The notes under the pieces: generated by a model
Told to the model about the DNA's origin: nothing
What the model saw: the letters and a program-made list of their open reading frames with translations, nothing else
Databases searched by the model: none
From: Camelus ferus
Taxonomy: Eukaryota
NCBI RefSeq assembly: GCF_009834535.1
Contig: NC_045696.1
Span: 20,772,001-20,836,000 of the forward strand
Length of the DNA: 64,000 nt
Direction: 5' to 3'
Program-made: the position numbers and the translations under genes
Shown here: positions 39,460-53,897 of the stretch, in pieces
Numbering within the stretch: the stretch's first letter is position 1
Layout: every line of letters starts with the position of its first letter

Positions 39460-39705
39460 CCCTGGGCTGTAGAGAAAGAGGCTTTTTAGTTTCATTTCTT
39501 CAGTTTACTGTGTACTGCCTGTGTTGTGTTGGGAAAATAAACTTCTTCAGATCTCAGTTTCTTCATTTATTGAAATGTAATGGTGTGAACAGAAGTAATC
39601 TCCATTAGTTCCCATATAGGTACAATTTAATGAGATAATGTGCATATGAGACACTTAGCCTTGCTTGTGTCTAGCTAGGGATGAGGACTCAATAAATGAT
39701 CATGT
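39460..39705 (+). mobile_element. MIR SINE
   Basis: Core 'ctcagtttcttcattt' and 3' part 'ttaatgagataatgtgcatat...cacttagc...ctcaataaatg'. Confidence 0.75.
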
Positions 39706-40260
39706 CATGATTATAAAGATTAGAACTATTATTATTATCAGTTGTTTTTACTATACCTCCCAAACTTATTTGAAAATCAAAGTAATAGTTTTCCCAAGGG
39801 TTATATTTGAATAATTTAGAAGTTTAGAACAAAACTTGTGTGTTAATAATTACAGTTGTTCTTATTTTTAAGAGCATCAGCCAGTGTACAGTCTAGAATT
39901 ATATAACAGGAATATGTTGTTTTTAAAGTACAGCATTCTTTCAAAGAGTGACTATGGATTTAACAATTTGGAGTTTGTATAATGTGACAGTTACCAGAGT
40001 AAATAAGATAGTGCTCATGATCTAAATTCCAATAGATTTACTTTAACTTCTGCCTTATAAGATTGAATTCATTTTTCCCCAAACTCACCTTGATGTCCTT
40101 ACCTTTCTTTAATGAACATGCCTACCACTACAAAATATTTTTAGCCATGCACCAATTTGGGTTTAGTTTCAACTATGTGTGGTGGACTTGGGTCTTAAAT
40201 GATTTGGATTTCTAATCTAGTTCTAACATTCCGAATTCATATATGAACAACTTTGGTCAT

Positions 40261-40872
40261 TGCATTAGTTTTGTACTGCTGTGTAACAAATTACCACAGA
40301 CTTACTAGTTTAAATGGGCACCAGCTTATCATCTCAAAATACCCAGGGGTTAAGAGTCTAGGCATTCATGTTAATTTGATTCTGTGCTCAAGAGCTAATC
40401 AGGTTTGAAATCAAGGTGTTGGTTGAGCTGCCTTCTTTATAGAGCTTGGTGTCTTTGTTAGGGCTTATGTGGGTTTTGAAAGAATTCAATCTCGGTGTTT
40501 TTAGCACTGGTGCTGCTGCTCTGTTTCTACTTGTTGGTCAGGGTCTTAGAGGATATCTCAAGCTCTTTTTCATATGGCCCCCTCCATCTTCTTAACCAGC
40601 AGTGGAACTAAATTTCTCTTACACTCTAGATCTCTTCGTTTTTGGGTCCTTACATGATTAATTCAGGCATTCCCAGAAAATTCTCTTTCTGGTAACTCAG
40701 AATCAACTGATTTGTTACCTTAATTACATCAGCAAAATTCTTTCATGGTTGTTATACAATGTAACCTAATCACAGTTGTAAAATCTATCTATTCAAGAAG
40801 ACAGACTTGTATAGTGCATGTGCAACAAAGGACAAGAATTTTAGGGTCTATTTTGTAATTCTGCATACCAAA
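40261..40872 (-). mobile_element. MaLR solo LTR, MLT1E-like
   Basis: Starts 'tgcattagttttgtactgctgtgtaacaaattaccacagactt', contains 'catatggccccctccatctt', ends 'aattctgcatacca'. Confidence 0.85.
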
Positions 40873-42499
40873 GTAGTAGGTAATAAAACTGATACATCCT
40901 GGAAAAGGGACAAAAATACTGTACAATATTCCAGTGTATACAAAAGTAATGACTGCTGATTGCATAAGCGAATATTTGTTAACAGATGCAACTCAATAGT
41001 AATATTTTTATTGTTATGAAAATATAATCACTGTGTTTTTCTAAAGCTGTTAATTAGAGGCATTAGTTTATTACAGTTTTATGACAGATTTCATGTAAAT
41101 GGATATAATAATCAGAAAACAATTACAAACAATTATAATTACAAAGTAAAATGTGAAAACTGTCTTCCTCTATGAAGTGAAATAAACTGAATTTCTACTT
41201 TGATTTGTCAAATTCAAATAATTAGAAAATTACTGTATGGTCTTAGGACAAATAAATAATAAAAAATATTCTAATAAATTTCTGAAGAAACCGGTTAGTA
41301 CATAACCTGACATTTACATTACCAAATAAATTATATTAGACATCTCATCAAATGCTTTTTCCAAGAAAGAAAAACTTGAATGTTCTTTGCTTTTTAATTA
41401 TTTTATCTAAACCTTTTAGTTAACTGTCATGAAAAAATATGAAATGAAATATCTAAGTTAGTAGTGACCAATAATGCCTAAATAACATACTTATCCCCAA
41501 AGTATTCATATTCATATTTAAACATAATGGATGGACTTTAAACATTTAAAAAAAGAGTTGAAGGAGATACAATGAAGTGTGGGAGTTCTGAGAATCTGGA
41601 ATCACATCAAATAGGCTTCTAACTGTACCTGCTTTACATTGAGAAGAATTTCCGTGTATTACCTCTGCCCATCCCCACCAATGTCACCATGTATTCTTGT
41701 GCTGCTGCAAATACACATTGTCCTACTGCTTTGCTTCCTTTCTGTATCCCAAGCCAATCATTTAATCTGCCGTTCTGTTTCTTAACTTCTCTCAAGCAAC
41801 ACTGGACTGGGACTTTCAGTTCTCAAAAAGTCTACTTCTCACTTTGCACATATTACCTCTTCAGACTTTCTTACGTCACTGCTTATGCTTACTCTTCTTT
41901 CTTCTTACTAGGCCCTACATGAGGAATAAATTTAGGCATATGAGAGAAAGTATTCCATAAATTGGAAACACAGATTTATTGAACGCAGTATTTGCTTGTC
42001 ACCCACATTTCTTTACATTGGCTTTGTTCTCTACTCATCATCATATGACAGTTTTATGGGGAGGTTTACGTGCTATCCAGCTATTTTTATGTTTACGGAT
42101 TAGTTTGGGAATGTATCACTAATTAATATTCGAGTGTACCACATGACATATTCACAAAAATTTCATGATTATGTATGTTTAAAGGAAAAGCAAAGTGAAT
42201 AATGCATCCATAGTAATTTTTCTGCATTCTCAAGTTTGCATTCCTTTCAGTAGATTTATGAAATGTTTCTTAGTATAATATTTTGCCTTGTTTTATGCTA
42301 TATTCTTGAAAGAGTTCCTCCCTTTGCTTTTTTCCCCCCCTTTTAATATCCTCTCTTATTTTCTTTCTCACTTACCTGATAGTATTTTCAGGCCCTCCTT
42401 AACACTATCCTTATAGCACATGGAGTTACCTTTAGTAAAATGAGGTATCAAGGCACTGTTATGTTTGGACAAAGGTGTGCAGAACATGACCAGTTCACA

Positions 42500-43238
42500 T
42501 ATTCTATCAAATCACATCTCCAGAACCATCTATAAATATTTCTACCTTTTCCATCACTGTTGAGTCCTCCCCTAATCCCAGCAAGTATCTGTCTTTTTAC
42601 CATTGCAATTAACTTCCACATGATCTCCCAGATCTTATTTTTTCCTCTACCTGTTCTGCCAGAGCTTTCTTTAAAAATAAGATAGATTTTGCCCATTCTT
42701 AACTTCAGACCTTTAAATTCCTTATTATTATACATATAGTGATATCTACACTGTGTATCATGGCTTATTTTGTTCCCAAGTAATCTAATATTGTTTCTTT
42801 CTCTAAAGTCTCTTTCCCCTTCAGTCAGTACGGTCCAGCACTGGCCTTCTTCCATTTCTCAGATCTGCCAAGTTGCTCAATCTTTCTTAAAGTTTGAGTC
42901 CATCATAATTCTCCCTAAAATTACCTTCACATTTCTAATTTTTTGCTTCCTTCTAAAAAACTAAAAACATAACTTCTTTAGAGAACACATCTCCATTAAG
43001 TTGTATTCCATATTATTCTCTACAGCTCTAACATCTATCTTATTTTACATCCTAGCATCCCACATACTGTAATTATTTTCTTATTTGTTGCTTGTGCGCT
43101 TATTTCCTTATTTTCTCACTGCACTGTAAACATTGTATGGGCAAGTGTCATGTACATTTGCTCACTATACTTGCAGCAAAATATCTGGAACATATTTGAA
43201 AGTTGGCAAATATATACTGAATACATGAATGAATGAAG
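42500..43238 (+). mobile_element. L2 LINE 3' fragment
   Basis: Pyrimidine-rich body ending '...atatctggaacatatttg...aaatatatactgaatacatgaatgaatgaa', the L2 terminus. Confidence 0.7.
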
Positions 43239-44954
43239 ATTTTCTAGTTAGTACCACTGTACAGGAGTACTTTTTAATTTTAACATTTCTAAATGTTCTT
43301 TTCCAAAATAGGATAACGTATCATAAAAGCTAAGCACTACCCTCCCACCTGATATCCCATATTTAAGACGTGATTATCTTTAAGGAGGGAAGCTAACTTT
43401 GTTTCTAAGAACACAAGCTAGTAGGGGGCGCTTACCGGGATAGCCAAGTTTAAGTCAGCAATTAAAACTGTTGCTGTGGACAATTGCAAATCCAAGCAAT
43501 AATTTGAGAACTGATTTTACTTTTTGTTTTTATTAAGTCAGTAAAGAATTGAAAAATAAAAAAGAATCCAGAAGTAAGGAAATATTTACCAAAAATAAGT
43601 CATGACATCATACCTGTAGTCAAACACATTCTTCATGACTGAAAATATCTAGACTATAAATTTCTGTCCTAGGATCAGAGGTGAGAAATTAAGATGATGA
43701 GTACTTAAGTCTTGTTTACCACATTTTCTCATCACCACTACCTCCAGCAAATCCCTTTTGTGTTTATATATTTCATGTGTATACCCCTGCCTCCCACTGC
43801 CCCAGAAGCTGGTTTTAAAACTACTTGGACCAAGTGCGTGAGATGGACTTGCAATACTGCAGTTGACTGAGAATTCTTTTTGCAATAGTACTGATTGAAA
43901 TATGGCAACATCAACTCTGAATTAATTGTATCTTTTTAACCTCAGTTTACTGAGGGCTGAGTACTTATAAACTGCAAGTTGTGAAAGATGCATGATGTAG
44001 CAAAGAAGAAATTATACACTTTAATATTTTGATGATGTGGGAATTTCACCTACTAACCATATAAAATGTTTCTTGGTTGTACCTAAATCATTTTAATCAG
44101 CAACAAATCTTATTTGAATGTAATGCTTTATAATTAAGATTATAGACTTTCAGATAGTAATAGAAGTGATCAGTGAGTAAATTAGCAAAAATAACTTATA
44201 GCTTTCTTGGTTTTCTTAATATATAGAGTATTATTTTACTTCATGGTTAGATGAAACACAACATTGTTATTGTTATAATAATAGTGATGATTAGCAGGCT
44301 AAGTATTTATTCACAGTATTTAAAGCATTTGAGGTAAAATATTTTTAAAAATGTGAAAATGCATTCTAAATAAATGGCATTACCTCTATTCCACTGTATT
44401 TAGAGGTGTCAGTTGATTAAAATAAATAACTTTCATCTTTTTTAAAATTTTGTAACAACTTTTATTGTAATTAGCAAATAGAAAATGTCTTCTACTCCCA
44501 TAGAAACAAACGTATTTTAAATAAGTTGATAATTTTGAATATATGCCTTTCACAATTAAGGCAGTAAACATGAAATTATAGATCATAATAATTATGTCAT
44601 TTAAATTTTTCACCTTCGTGGTATTTCTGGTTTGTTGTGAGTACTCTATCATTTAACTTTGTATGAAACATTATTATAATAAAGCCCTGATCGTATAAAT
44701 GAAATGAACCACCTGATATCATTTCAGCAAAAATTGACTGGTTATGTAAGACTTAGTATTCATTCTGTGTATAAGACATTGCACTAGGCTCTTTGTGTGT
44801 TACAAACATGAATTTAACACAGATCATCCCTTTTAGAACCCTACACTGAAGTGAGGGCAACAAGTTTTCTCTGTGGTGGAATTTAATGCCATACTCAATA
44901 ACTCATAAATATGAATCATTGCTTATGAATTTTAAATAAATATTCCTAGAATAG

Positions 44955-45100
44955 AGTGGCTTAATGTGGGTTTTGCCCAAAGCAGAGCTCAAGGCAAAGA
45001 CTTCTCTGTGAGTGTATTTCGGAATGATGCCAAAAAGCAGAAGTGAGAGACATAGGAGTGAAACAGGAAAGGAGGAAGAGCCCTGCAAAGATTCTCCCCT
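44955..45100 (-). mobile_element. LTR33-like fragment
   Basis: 'gcttaatgtgggttttgcccaaagcagagctcaaggcaaagac...ggagtgaaacaggaaaggaggaagagcc' matches the antisense LTR33 3' end. Confidence 0.6.
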
Positions 45101-48100
45101 ACAGACCGCAAGATTCTCACATCCATGAGATGGCTACCTAATTAGATGATAATTGCCACAGCTACAGAGAAATTTGCACTAATTATTAACATATTTTAAA
45201 ATATTTATTTAAAGCAATGGGAAAATATTTTTCAGCAAAAGAGACAATATCCTCACAAATTCATATCCATAAATGTAGAGATTTAAAAGTAAATCTAAAT
45301 ATAGATGCAGATCTGAATATGAGATTCAGAAGCACAGGTATTCCAGATTGAAAAATATAGTTCTTAGGTCATTAATTAATTCAACAAATATTTATTGAAC
45401 ATCCACTATGTATTTAAACATCTCAGAATTTGAAAAAAGCCAGTTAATTTGCTCCTTAGTCATATATTGAGATTTACTTATATATTCATTAGAAGTTTAT
45501 TTTTAAGAAAGTTAGCATTGTGCCTTTTGCATTTTAAAAAAATTAGTGAATTTAACTTTGCAACTGACAGATCTCTCTGGGCCACATCTGGAAATGTCAA
45601 TTTTCCTCTTTAAGCATTTGTCTTTTCAGTGATAACTGTTATGCTGTGGTTCATCCCTGACAAGCAAAGCTCATGGGTGAAACATGTTTGCTTAGCATAT
45701 CACCCTGATAATATCTCACAGAGGAAGGTTTGACAGGTTATGTACAGTGTTCTTCGTAGTTTATTTTGAATTATTTTATGTGATTTTTACAATATAAAGA
45801 TCCTTATTTTGAAATGAGAACTTCCTTAAAGATAATGGTAAAATATCTTTTTAACATGAAAGATTCAAGGCTACGTATATTTAAGTTTTATATGACCTTA
45901 CAGTGCCATATGTGTTCAAGGTATTTGATTAAAAGAATGAATTATAACTCTCCCAGTTTCACGATTAGTGAATATTTTCACTGTCTATGTTGTTTACATC
46001 AATATAAATATAGAATCTATGTATTTAAAAGAAAAGAATGATGCAAAGTTCTGGTTCTTTTCAAATGAAGAGAATGATTTATTTAATTTTACATTGCTTT
46101 GGTAATCTTCCAAAAGTATTTCCTACATATTTAATTAGAAAGAGATTTTGATCATAGTTTTGTAGGTTTTATGATTTCAGTATTTGGGAGTTTATTATCA
46201 ATATAGTAGATAACAAGAACCACTAATCACTGTCTATGTGCAGGTTAGATGCTTTACAACTTGTGAAATTTATGTGCTTAATGAAAAGTACTCAAACTCT
46301 ACATATCTGTTTCTTTTTTAATAACATAGTGATAACAATTGTTTTATCTCAAAATTATAAGAAATAATTGTGCCAGAGTACGTGCTAAGAATTTCTCAGT
46401 AAAAGTAGACTACTGTGTCTGTATGTTAGAGATGGCACTTTGCCCCATACTTTACTTTCATTATCACTACTCCTTAAAACTCAAGTACTGTTTACTTTAG
46501 ACTGTCAAAAAAGTCAATAATTTTTCTATTTCTGATTTTGTATTCCACTTTCATTTTCTTTTAAAATCACAACCTCTACTAAAAAGCAGTGTCTCATTTC
46601 AAATGTATTTTAATGATAAAACACCATGTCGTGCTAAATCAGTGGTACTATATTCAGCGTAGGCTTTTTGGGTTGTTGTTGTCAACTTGGTGAGAAGATT
46701 TTTGGCTTGTGTGTCTCTCTCAGGCTTAATGCTGAAAACCCTCTTCACCATTGAAAATGGACTCACCTTTGCAGCTTTATTTTTGACTTTCTGTCTAAGC
46801 TCTGGACATCTCTGATTCTTAATTTGTATGGAATGTGTCCCTTGCCTCTTACCTGTAATCATGTCATCCAGTAGATTGGTCTTCCTGAGTCATGATGATG
46901 TCCTGTACAAGTTGCATTCCTTGATCTTCCATCCTGTACAAACAAATCACCCTACCTCATGGAATTTTGGAATAATATATTTCTTATCTCAGGTTACTCA
47001 ATAACAAATGTATTTAAAAATAAAAATAAGAACTGAGGGAATATTGTTTATGTATGGGTAGGAAGAGAGAAAGAAAAAAGGAGAAAGAGGTGAAGAAAAA
47101 GAGAAAGAGACATAGCTAGCTGATCTTCAAATACTTATAAAAATTAGCAACAAAACAAAACTTTGAACATGCTAGAATGTTAGATTACTACCTTAAATTT
47201 ATAAAAACTCTGAAAGATAGCTAAATTACAAAACAAAGAGAGAGTAACAAATAATTGTTTGCTTTTGAGAAAAATATATCACTATTATTGCCAAAATAAA
47301 TAGTTGTCTTAAGGTGTTATGTTCAATATAAGAGGAATTCTTCATGATTGACTACATGGAAATATGCTGTGATTATGTATGTAAATACTAAGTTGAAATG
47401 ATAATTATTCAACTAAGCTGAGCACCTAACCAATTGCTTTGTGCAATTTCTTGAGGAAGCTCAGAATGGAAAGACACGTCTAAGTAGGAGTAGCCAAATT
47501 GCAATGCTATTTGATTACTCCAAGTTATAGTCTCTTTATTTAGCATTTACCATTTCTGCCAAGAAATGAAGTAATTTTCATTTTTATTACTGTACTTAAA
47601 CATAGAATCTTTATAATAAAAGCTTGTAAAAGTGCAAAAGGACACTCTGTGGTCCAATGTCACTACCTTAATTTTCTATAAGTCTTCCTGAAATTCTTTT
47701 GAAGAACTTGCTAAGGAGACATAGATTTCCTCCTGTAATATTTCCAAGTACTTGATGCTGAAGATTGTTAAATTTCCTCTGTTGGAGCATTTTTTTCTAT
47801 ACTCAAACTTATAATTATGTATTGTGGGACTATATTTTAAAATAGTGTTAACTGGAATAAAAGATTCACTCCTTTAATCTCAAACTCCTTTGACTTGAAA
47901 GTACTCTTAAATTATTGATGGTGACTGGTCAATAAATACATGAAATTAGTACTGGTGGTGGTAGTAGTAGTAGTAGAATTAGTGATGGCAGTTTTGAAGA
48001 AAGTATTGCTTCATTTGACCTCCAGAAAAAAGTATTTGTAAAGCAAGCAAAAATAAATGATAATATACATCATTGATATTTACTTTATTATGTACGTTTT

Positions 48101-48219
48101 AAATAACAGTTTTAAATTAAAATCATCAGATAAGATAATTTAACCTACATAGTTTTCTCACAAGTACATATAAATGTCTTATTTATAATTACTAAAATGG
48201 TTCAAATATTTAGAAATAA

Positions 48220-49830
48220 AACTTCCACTTTGGGTCATGACTGAGTAGTTATTAACAAAATTAATGTTCCACTGAAAACAACAATAAAAGCTAGAAAATA
48301 CACAAAATACTCATAGAATATAAGAGGAAAGAAAAGGCATGTAGGACTGAGGGGGTCAGCATTCTACAGAGAAGAGAAGTGAACTGAGGTTAGCATTTTT
48401 TTTTTTTAAAGGGAATTTTCAAATTTCCAGTGCAGAAAATAGAGTCCAAGAAAAAGGGTATTGCTTAGGTTTTCAGTGGTCTCACCTGATAGTGTGGACA
48501 GATTGAAGCTAAAAGTTAGAAAGGCAACTGGGTCTTAAAGAGATGAAAACAAACTCTTTTCAGGTGAAAATTCTGCATGCTCACAATCCTCCATGAGTCA
48601 TTTATCAGCTTGTAAGTTGAGCATGTGTAAATGGGGGCTGAGATATGAAGCAAAAAACAGTCACTGGGGTGCAAAAGATCTTAACAGAGACTTGATTAGT
48701 CTTGATCTGAGGAGCAGAAATTAAAGTTTGGGGCATCCCATGGTAAAGTGATGATTGGTTTTTTTTGTTTTGTTTTGTTTTGTTTTTTAGGAGAGCCCAC
48801 AGGGTTTAAGCTCTAGTGATAAAGGCTATACACTAGGAGTAAAATCTACATCCTTGGACTGAAATGAAACCATGAATAAACTAGACACAAAAGAATCAAA
48901 GATACTGCTTGAATTCTAAATAATAACCAGAGGAAAATGAAACCATCCTGAAGGAGGGTATCAAGCAATAACTGACATTTTTTACACAAGTTGAAGAGCT
49001 TTCAGTACAAAATTTTAAGACATGCAAAAAATAAATAAACAAACAACAAGAACAAAAAACCCCACTAGGATCAAAGTACTGAAGTCTAAAGAGAAAATAG
49101 AGAGAGAGAAGAGAATGCAAGAGGAATGAATTGTAAACTCACCAGGATATTTATTCAGCCTTTTCTCTGTTCATATTCAAAGCTCAATACTTTCTGCCTT
49201 TTTCTCTTCAAATTTCAATCACAAGATTAAAAAAGTTTTTAAAATGCAGTTTAAAAGCTCATAATGGACCTATGGGAACTTGTAAAAAGGTCTAACAGTG
49301 ATTGAATTAGAGACCCTGAGATAAAAGAAGCAGTTTTTGGTAAAATATAGATATTATTTTTTTAATAGATGAAAGACCAAAACTTGTGGATTTAAGAAAG
49401 TTTGTGGACTCTAAGTAGGATAATTACAAAGAAAACAAAGTCTCAGAATAGCCTATGGTAAAAGCCACATTATATTCAAGGAGTAAAAAGAAGACTGATA
49501 GATGACATTTCAACTAAAAGTATGGAAGCTCAAAAACAAAAGGAATTACCTTTTAATGTTTGGAGGGAAAAAAGCCAATATAAAATTCTATTGCCATGAA
49601 AAATCATCCTTCAAAAATTAAGGTGAAGTAGATATTCTTAGACAAACATAAAAGAACCTTGAGAGTTAAGGTATTATCTCAATGTTAAATTTTCTTATTT
49701 TGAACACTGTACTGTAACTGTACTATGCGACATAAGGAACTAATCTGTTGTTTAGGAAATACATACTGAAGTATTGAGTTCAAAGTCTGATATAGGCAAC
49801 CTACTCTCAAATGGATTAGAAAGAAAAATT
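48220..49830 (+). mobile_element. L1MC/L1ME remnants (5' region, ORF1 pieces, 3' UTR piece)
   Basis: ORF1-like 'aagactgatagatgacatttcaact', 'aaaattctattgccatgaaaaatcatccttcaaaaattaaggtgaa'. 3'UTR-like 'ttaggaaatacatactgaagtatt...gcaacctactctcaaatgg'. Confidence 0.6.
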
Positions 49831-49869
49831 ATATGTGTGTTTTTTAAGGGGCAGGAAACCTGAAACACA

Positions 49870-50098
49870 TGTAATGGATGCTGTCAGTGCCCTGCTTAAA
49901 CCCTGGATTCTACTCTGGAGGGCACCTGCAGACAGTTCCAGTACTTGCCAAAGTATTCCTGAATCATATTCTCTGGGAGATTTTTATAGCTACAGAGCGT
50001 GACAGCGTTCATAGGGAAGGATAAGGAAAGGAATGTCCCAGATGTGCACCAGATGTGACCCTTAATGAATAAGAAAAAGGATATGACGGTCAAGTGGC
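49870..50098 (+). mobile_element. LTR16-like 5' fragment
   Basis: Starts 'tgtaatggatgctgtcagtgccctgc', like LTR16 5' termini. Interrupted by the MLT1 element that follows. Confidence 0.55.
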
Positions 50099-50320
50099 TG
50101 TGTTAGTTCTTACTGCTGCTGTAATACTTTACCACAAACTTAGTGCCTTTAAATAACAGAAGTTTATTATCTTACAGTTCTGTGGGTCAGAAGTGCAAAG
50201 TGCACCTTATTTACTACACTAAAATCAAGATGTTGGAAGGGACCTATTCCATCTGGAGGTTCTGAGGGACAGTCCATTTTCTTGCCTCTTCCAGGTTCTG
50301 GATGCTGCTTGTATTTCTTC
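50099..50320 (-). mobile_element. MLT1D-like LTR fragment
   Basis: 'tgtgttagttcttactgctgctgtaa...accacaaacttagtg...tttattatcttacagttctgtgggtcagaagt'. Confidence 0.8.
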
Positions 50321-51242
50321 ATGTGAATAGAATATTAAAATATTCTATAGCAATGAAAAATACAATTAAAATTAACATACCAACTAATATTTCTATTGCA
50401 TCATGTTTTTCACATTACTAGCATAATTAGAAACATCCAGACTCTACATCTGATAATGTGTCAAAGTTTAAATTTTTTTGCATGGCATCCTGAACACTTG
50501 ATCTTTGAATTAACCTTAGCATTCTTTCTAGTTCCCATTGAATACCTGCAGTAAAGCTTAATTGCAACATCTTGTTTCTCCCAAGTCTTTTCTTGTGGAG
50601 GACCTCACCCACCTTTACTCACTCTTCTTTTTGAAACTGCCCAAACAGCCCCTAAAATACTTCTCTGAACCCTGAATTCTCATTAATGACCCTTTCCTCA
50701 AAATTCATCCAGTATTTATAATCTGAAGAGTCTAATTTTGAGACAGACTTCTCCAATGATTGTAACTCTAGTAAAACTTTAAATTCATCTGTGCATTTCC
50801 CAGAGTGCCGAAATAAAGAAAATTAAACACAACTCTATAGAGGGGAAATATAAAAAGTGTACTTTACATTTTTCTATTCAACAATTTGGTGATGTGAACA
50901 CATGAATGCCTAAAATTATTTATATTGGTGTTGCTAGTTTTGTTAAGAGAGAAACTCTGCATTCTATGGTATATCATACAGTCATTTTGTAAGACATCTG
51001 ATTTTGAATAAAACTAAATAACTGCATAGTATTTTAACTTTAGCCTTAAAACTTTTCTCAGGTTTTTACTTATGAAACATAAATTTTTGCTTTCTTGTAC
51101 AATGGATTTAACTTATTGAAAGTTACTGAAACTTTCCACTAAATGAGTTACACATCCCTAAGAAGCATAATCATGATCACATAATATTTCTATTAGTTGT
51201 TTACTCAAACTGGATTTATTTCAGTATGTCTGGCTTTTTTAC

Positions 51243-51293
51243 TTTTCTTTCTTTCTCTCTTGCTTTCTGCTTGCTTGCTTGCTTTCTTTCTTT

Positions 51294-51365
<72 letters not shown>

Positions 51366-51366
51366 T
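51243..51366. repeat. (TTTC)n / (TTGC)n compound microsatellite
   Basis: Read directly. Uninterrupted TTTC run ~51292-51366. Confidence 0.97.
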
Positions 51367-52299
51367 GGTAACCTGCCTTAAAAGTCATAAGTAGCCCTGG
51401 TATTCCAGTCAATGTTTTTACTACCATAATGATCAAGTTGTTATGTATTATCTGTACAGATAGATGTTAGAATTGAGCAGATTTTTTTTTTTTCTGAGCA
51501 TGGCAGAAAGCTTTAGCAACTTATTTCACAAATATATGTAAGTTCTCTTTGAAAAATCATCTAATATTACGAGGATCAGTGAGAATTGTTACAGAGGAGT
51601 CTGTACTTTAAACTTGCTAAAGAAAGGAATAGCATATTTAAAAGCTGTATATTCAGTAGGACTTGTGGAAGGGTGATGCTATTTGACAAGAAACCAAAAG
51701 CACCTTAAAAATACATAAAACAAAAAATGGAAGTTAGAAAAATATTTATTAGAGGAATAATTAAGCTGTGTTACTCCTGGTATACAGTACTCTCCAAAAT
51801 ATAGATATGATGCTTTCAAAATGAAAATAGTGAAAGACAATACAGTGAGACCAAAAAAAGCAAGTTGCAGATCTTTTAATTATACGAAGAACAGAGTATC
51901 TGATGTATATCAGTGTCTGATATAAACTGTTTATACTTTATTTTTCATTGAGAAAGTATATAAGGGTCAAGTTTTGAGAATAAATATAACAAAAGTGAAT
52001 AGAATAAAACATATACCACCCAATCATAAATATTAATACTTTGTATATTTCTTCCAGGCACTTTTTTTCCCTATGCATTATACCATAGATACAGATTTGC
52101 AATCTTTTAATATTTTTTATCTCATCCTATCTTTAATATTATCCCAGGTCAGTATGTTTTTATTCATATTTTTTAAAATAATGATACCACTCAGAAATTC
52201 ACTCAACACCCTCCTACAGAATCTACATGAATTGTTTCTATTTGGGAAAAATTGGTGTGAGTAGCCTATGAAAATTCATCTTACCTTCGTAGTCCATCA

Positions 52300-52643
52300 T
52301 TCATTGTGAGTTCCTAACCTTATTGACTGATGATATCATAAACCCACTGGTAGCTCACAGTGGCTCCTGGAAAAGTGAACATGACCTTTTCCCCTCCTCT
52401 AATTAGCAAAGGACTTGAATTTAATTACCTTTCTTGACCCTCAACGGCGTTAGAGTTTTCAAAAACAGCTTCTCTCTAAAATTACTACCACCACTTAATT
52501 GGTGTGCCTTCCTACTACTATCCAGTGTATGCTTCCCTGCACAACTAAAGCAACTCTTTTAAGAATTCATCATGATTCTTTCTTGCTTAGCTCCCCCTCT
52601 GATTTTAGAATAAAATCCAAACTCCTCAAATATGGATTTTAAA
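52300..52643 (+). mobile_element. L2 fragment
   Basis: 'ttagaataaaatccaaactcctca' and a pyrimidine-rich body. Confidence 0.5.
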
Positions 52644-52790
52644 TGACTTAGTCCATCAGGGCTGCTTTAACAAAATACCACAGACTGGGTAGCATATAAA
52701 CAGCAGAAATTCATGTTTACTGTTTTGGAGGCTTGAAATCTGAGATCAGGGTACCAGCATGGTTGGGTGAGGGCCGTCTTCTGGGTATAT
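52644..52790 (-). mobile_element. MLT1A-like LTR fragment
   Basis: 'cttagtccatcagggctgctttaacaaaataccacagactgggtagcatataaacagcagaaatt...gagatcagggtaccagcatggttgggtgagggcc'. Confidence 0.85.
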
Positions 52791-53897
52791 AGAACACAAC
52801 TTTATACAAACAGAAATTTTAGCTCCTCAAATATGTATCTTATTTTTGTTGACAGTTTGCTGATGAGAGCTCTTGGCAGTGTTTTAATTATATTGTTTCA
52901 TATCATCCTAACATTTCCATAATTATTATTTCAATACTGTAGTCAAGATATTATATGCCCTGTGATAGAAAATAAATACAAAGTCCAAAAGAAATATAAA
53001 GTGACAGTCAACTGACTTTAAAATGCTTGTACTATTCATTATCTTATTTATCCTTCCAACAAAAATTTTAATTCATGAGAGATTCCCAAAAATTTGTGAA
53101 GGGAAATACTTGTTTCTGGTTAAAAACAAAATATGCTACTCACACATGTAGATTACATTTTATTGTGATTTCTGCTTATACATTTTTGCTGATTTTATGC
53201 ATATTTTTGCATTATACAGCTTTCCTGATTTTTATGTCACATATTTTACTTACTGAAATTATTAGCTTCTGTGTTAATAAATCCATTTTCCTTCTTCATT
53301 TAGATTCTCATCTGAGTGAATGGCATTTCCAATATTCTATCAATGAATCTACTCTTTGAAAGTAGAGAACAACCCATTTGGTCTATATTATAAATAGAAT
53401 CCATCTAGTTTGGTAAAGGTTCAGTTTAATTGAAAACTGCACTGCTAGAATATTTTATAGATTTTTGTGTATTAAAGTTTCAATTTGTACCTCTGAGATC
53501 AAAAAAGTTTCTTTCACAATGTGATTCTAAGCTGAGTTTAATGTTTCTCACACACAAACGTTTTGAATTGAATTGAAATTTGAAGTGAATAGCTACAAAT
53601 ACATAACACGCAAAGAAAAGTGGAAAATATATAAATAGATTCTCAACTTCATAATTGGGACTAGAAAGTAAGTTCTATGTGCTTATCACTACTTAAATAT
53701 CATCTTGACTTCTGTGAGTATTTCAGTTGTCTCAAAAAAAGGAAAAAAATTCAGTAGAGAAAACAACAATTTTTAAAATATATCAAGAGAAAAATGAGGT
53801 ACTTAGAATTTTTTAAATAAAGTCACTTATGCATGAAGATAGGGAAAATTATATGGAGAGTTTAGACATTGGGAAAAAGACACTCTCATTTACAGTC

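Noticed and set aside
42448..42855. Longest ORF (135 aa, minus strand)
   Set aside because: Lies antisense within an L2 remnant and has no recognisable domain.
51197..51436. FFLS- and KKER-repeat ORFs
   Set aside because: Translations of the (TTTC)n microsatellite.
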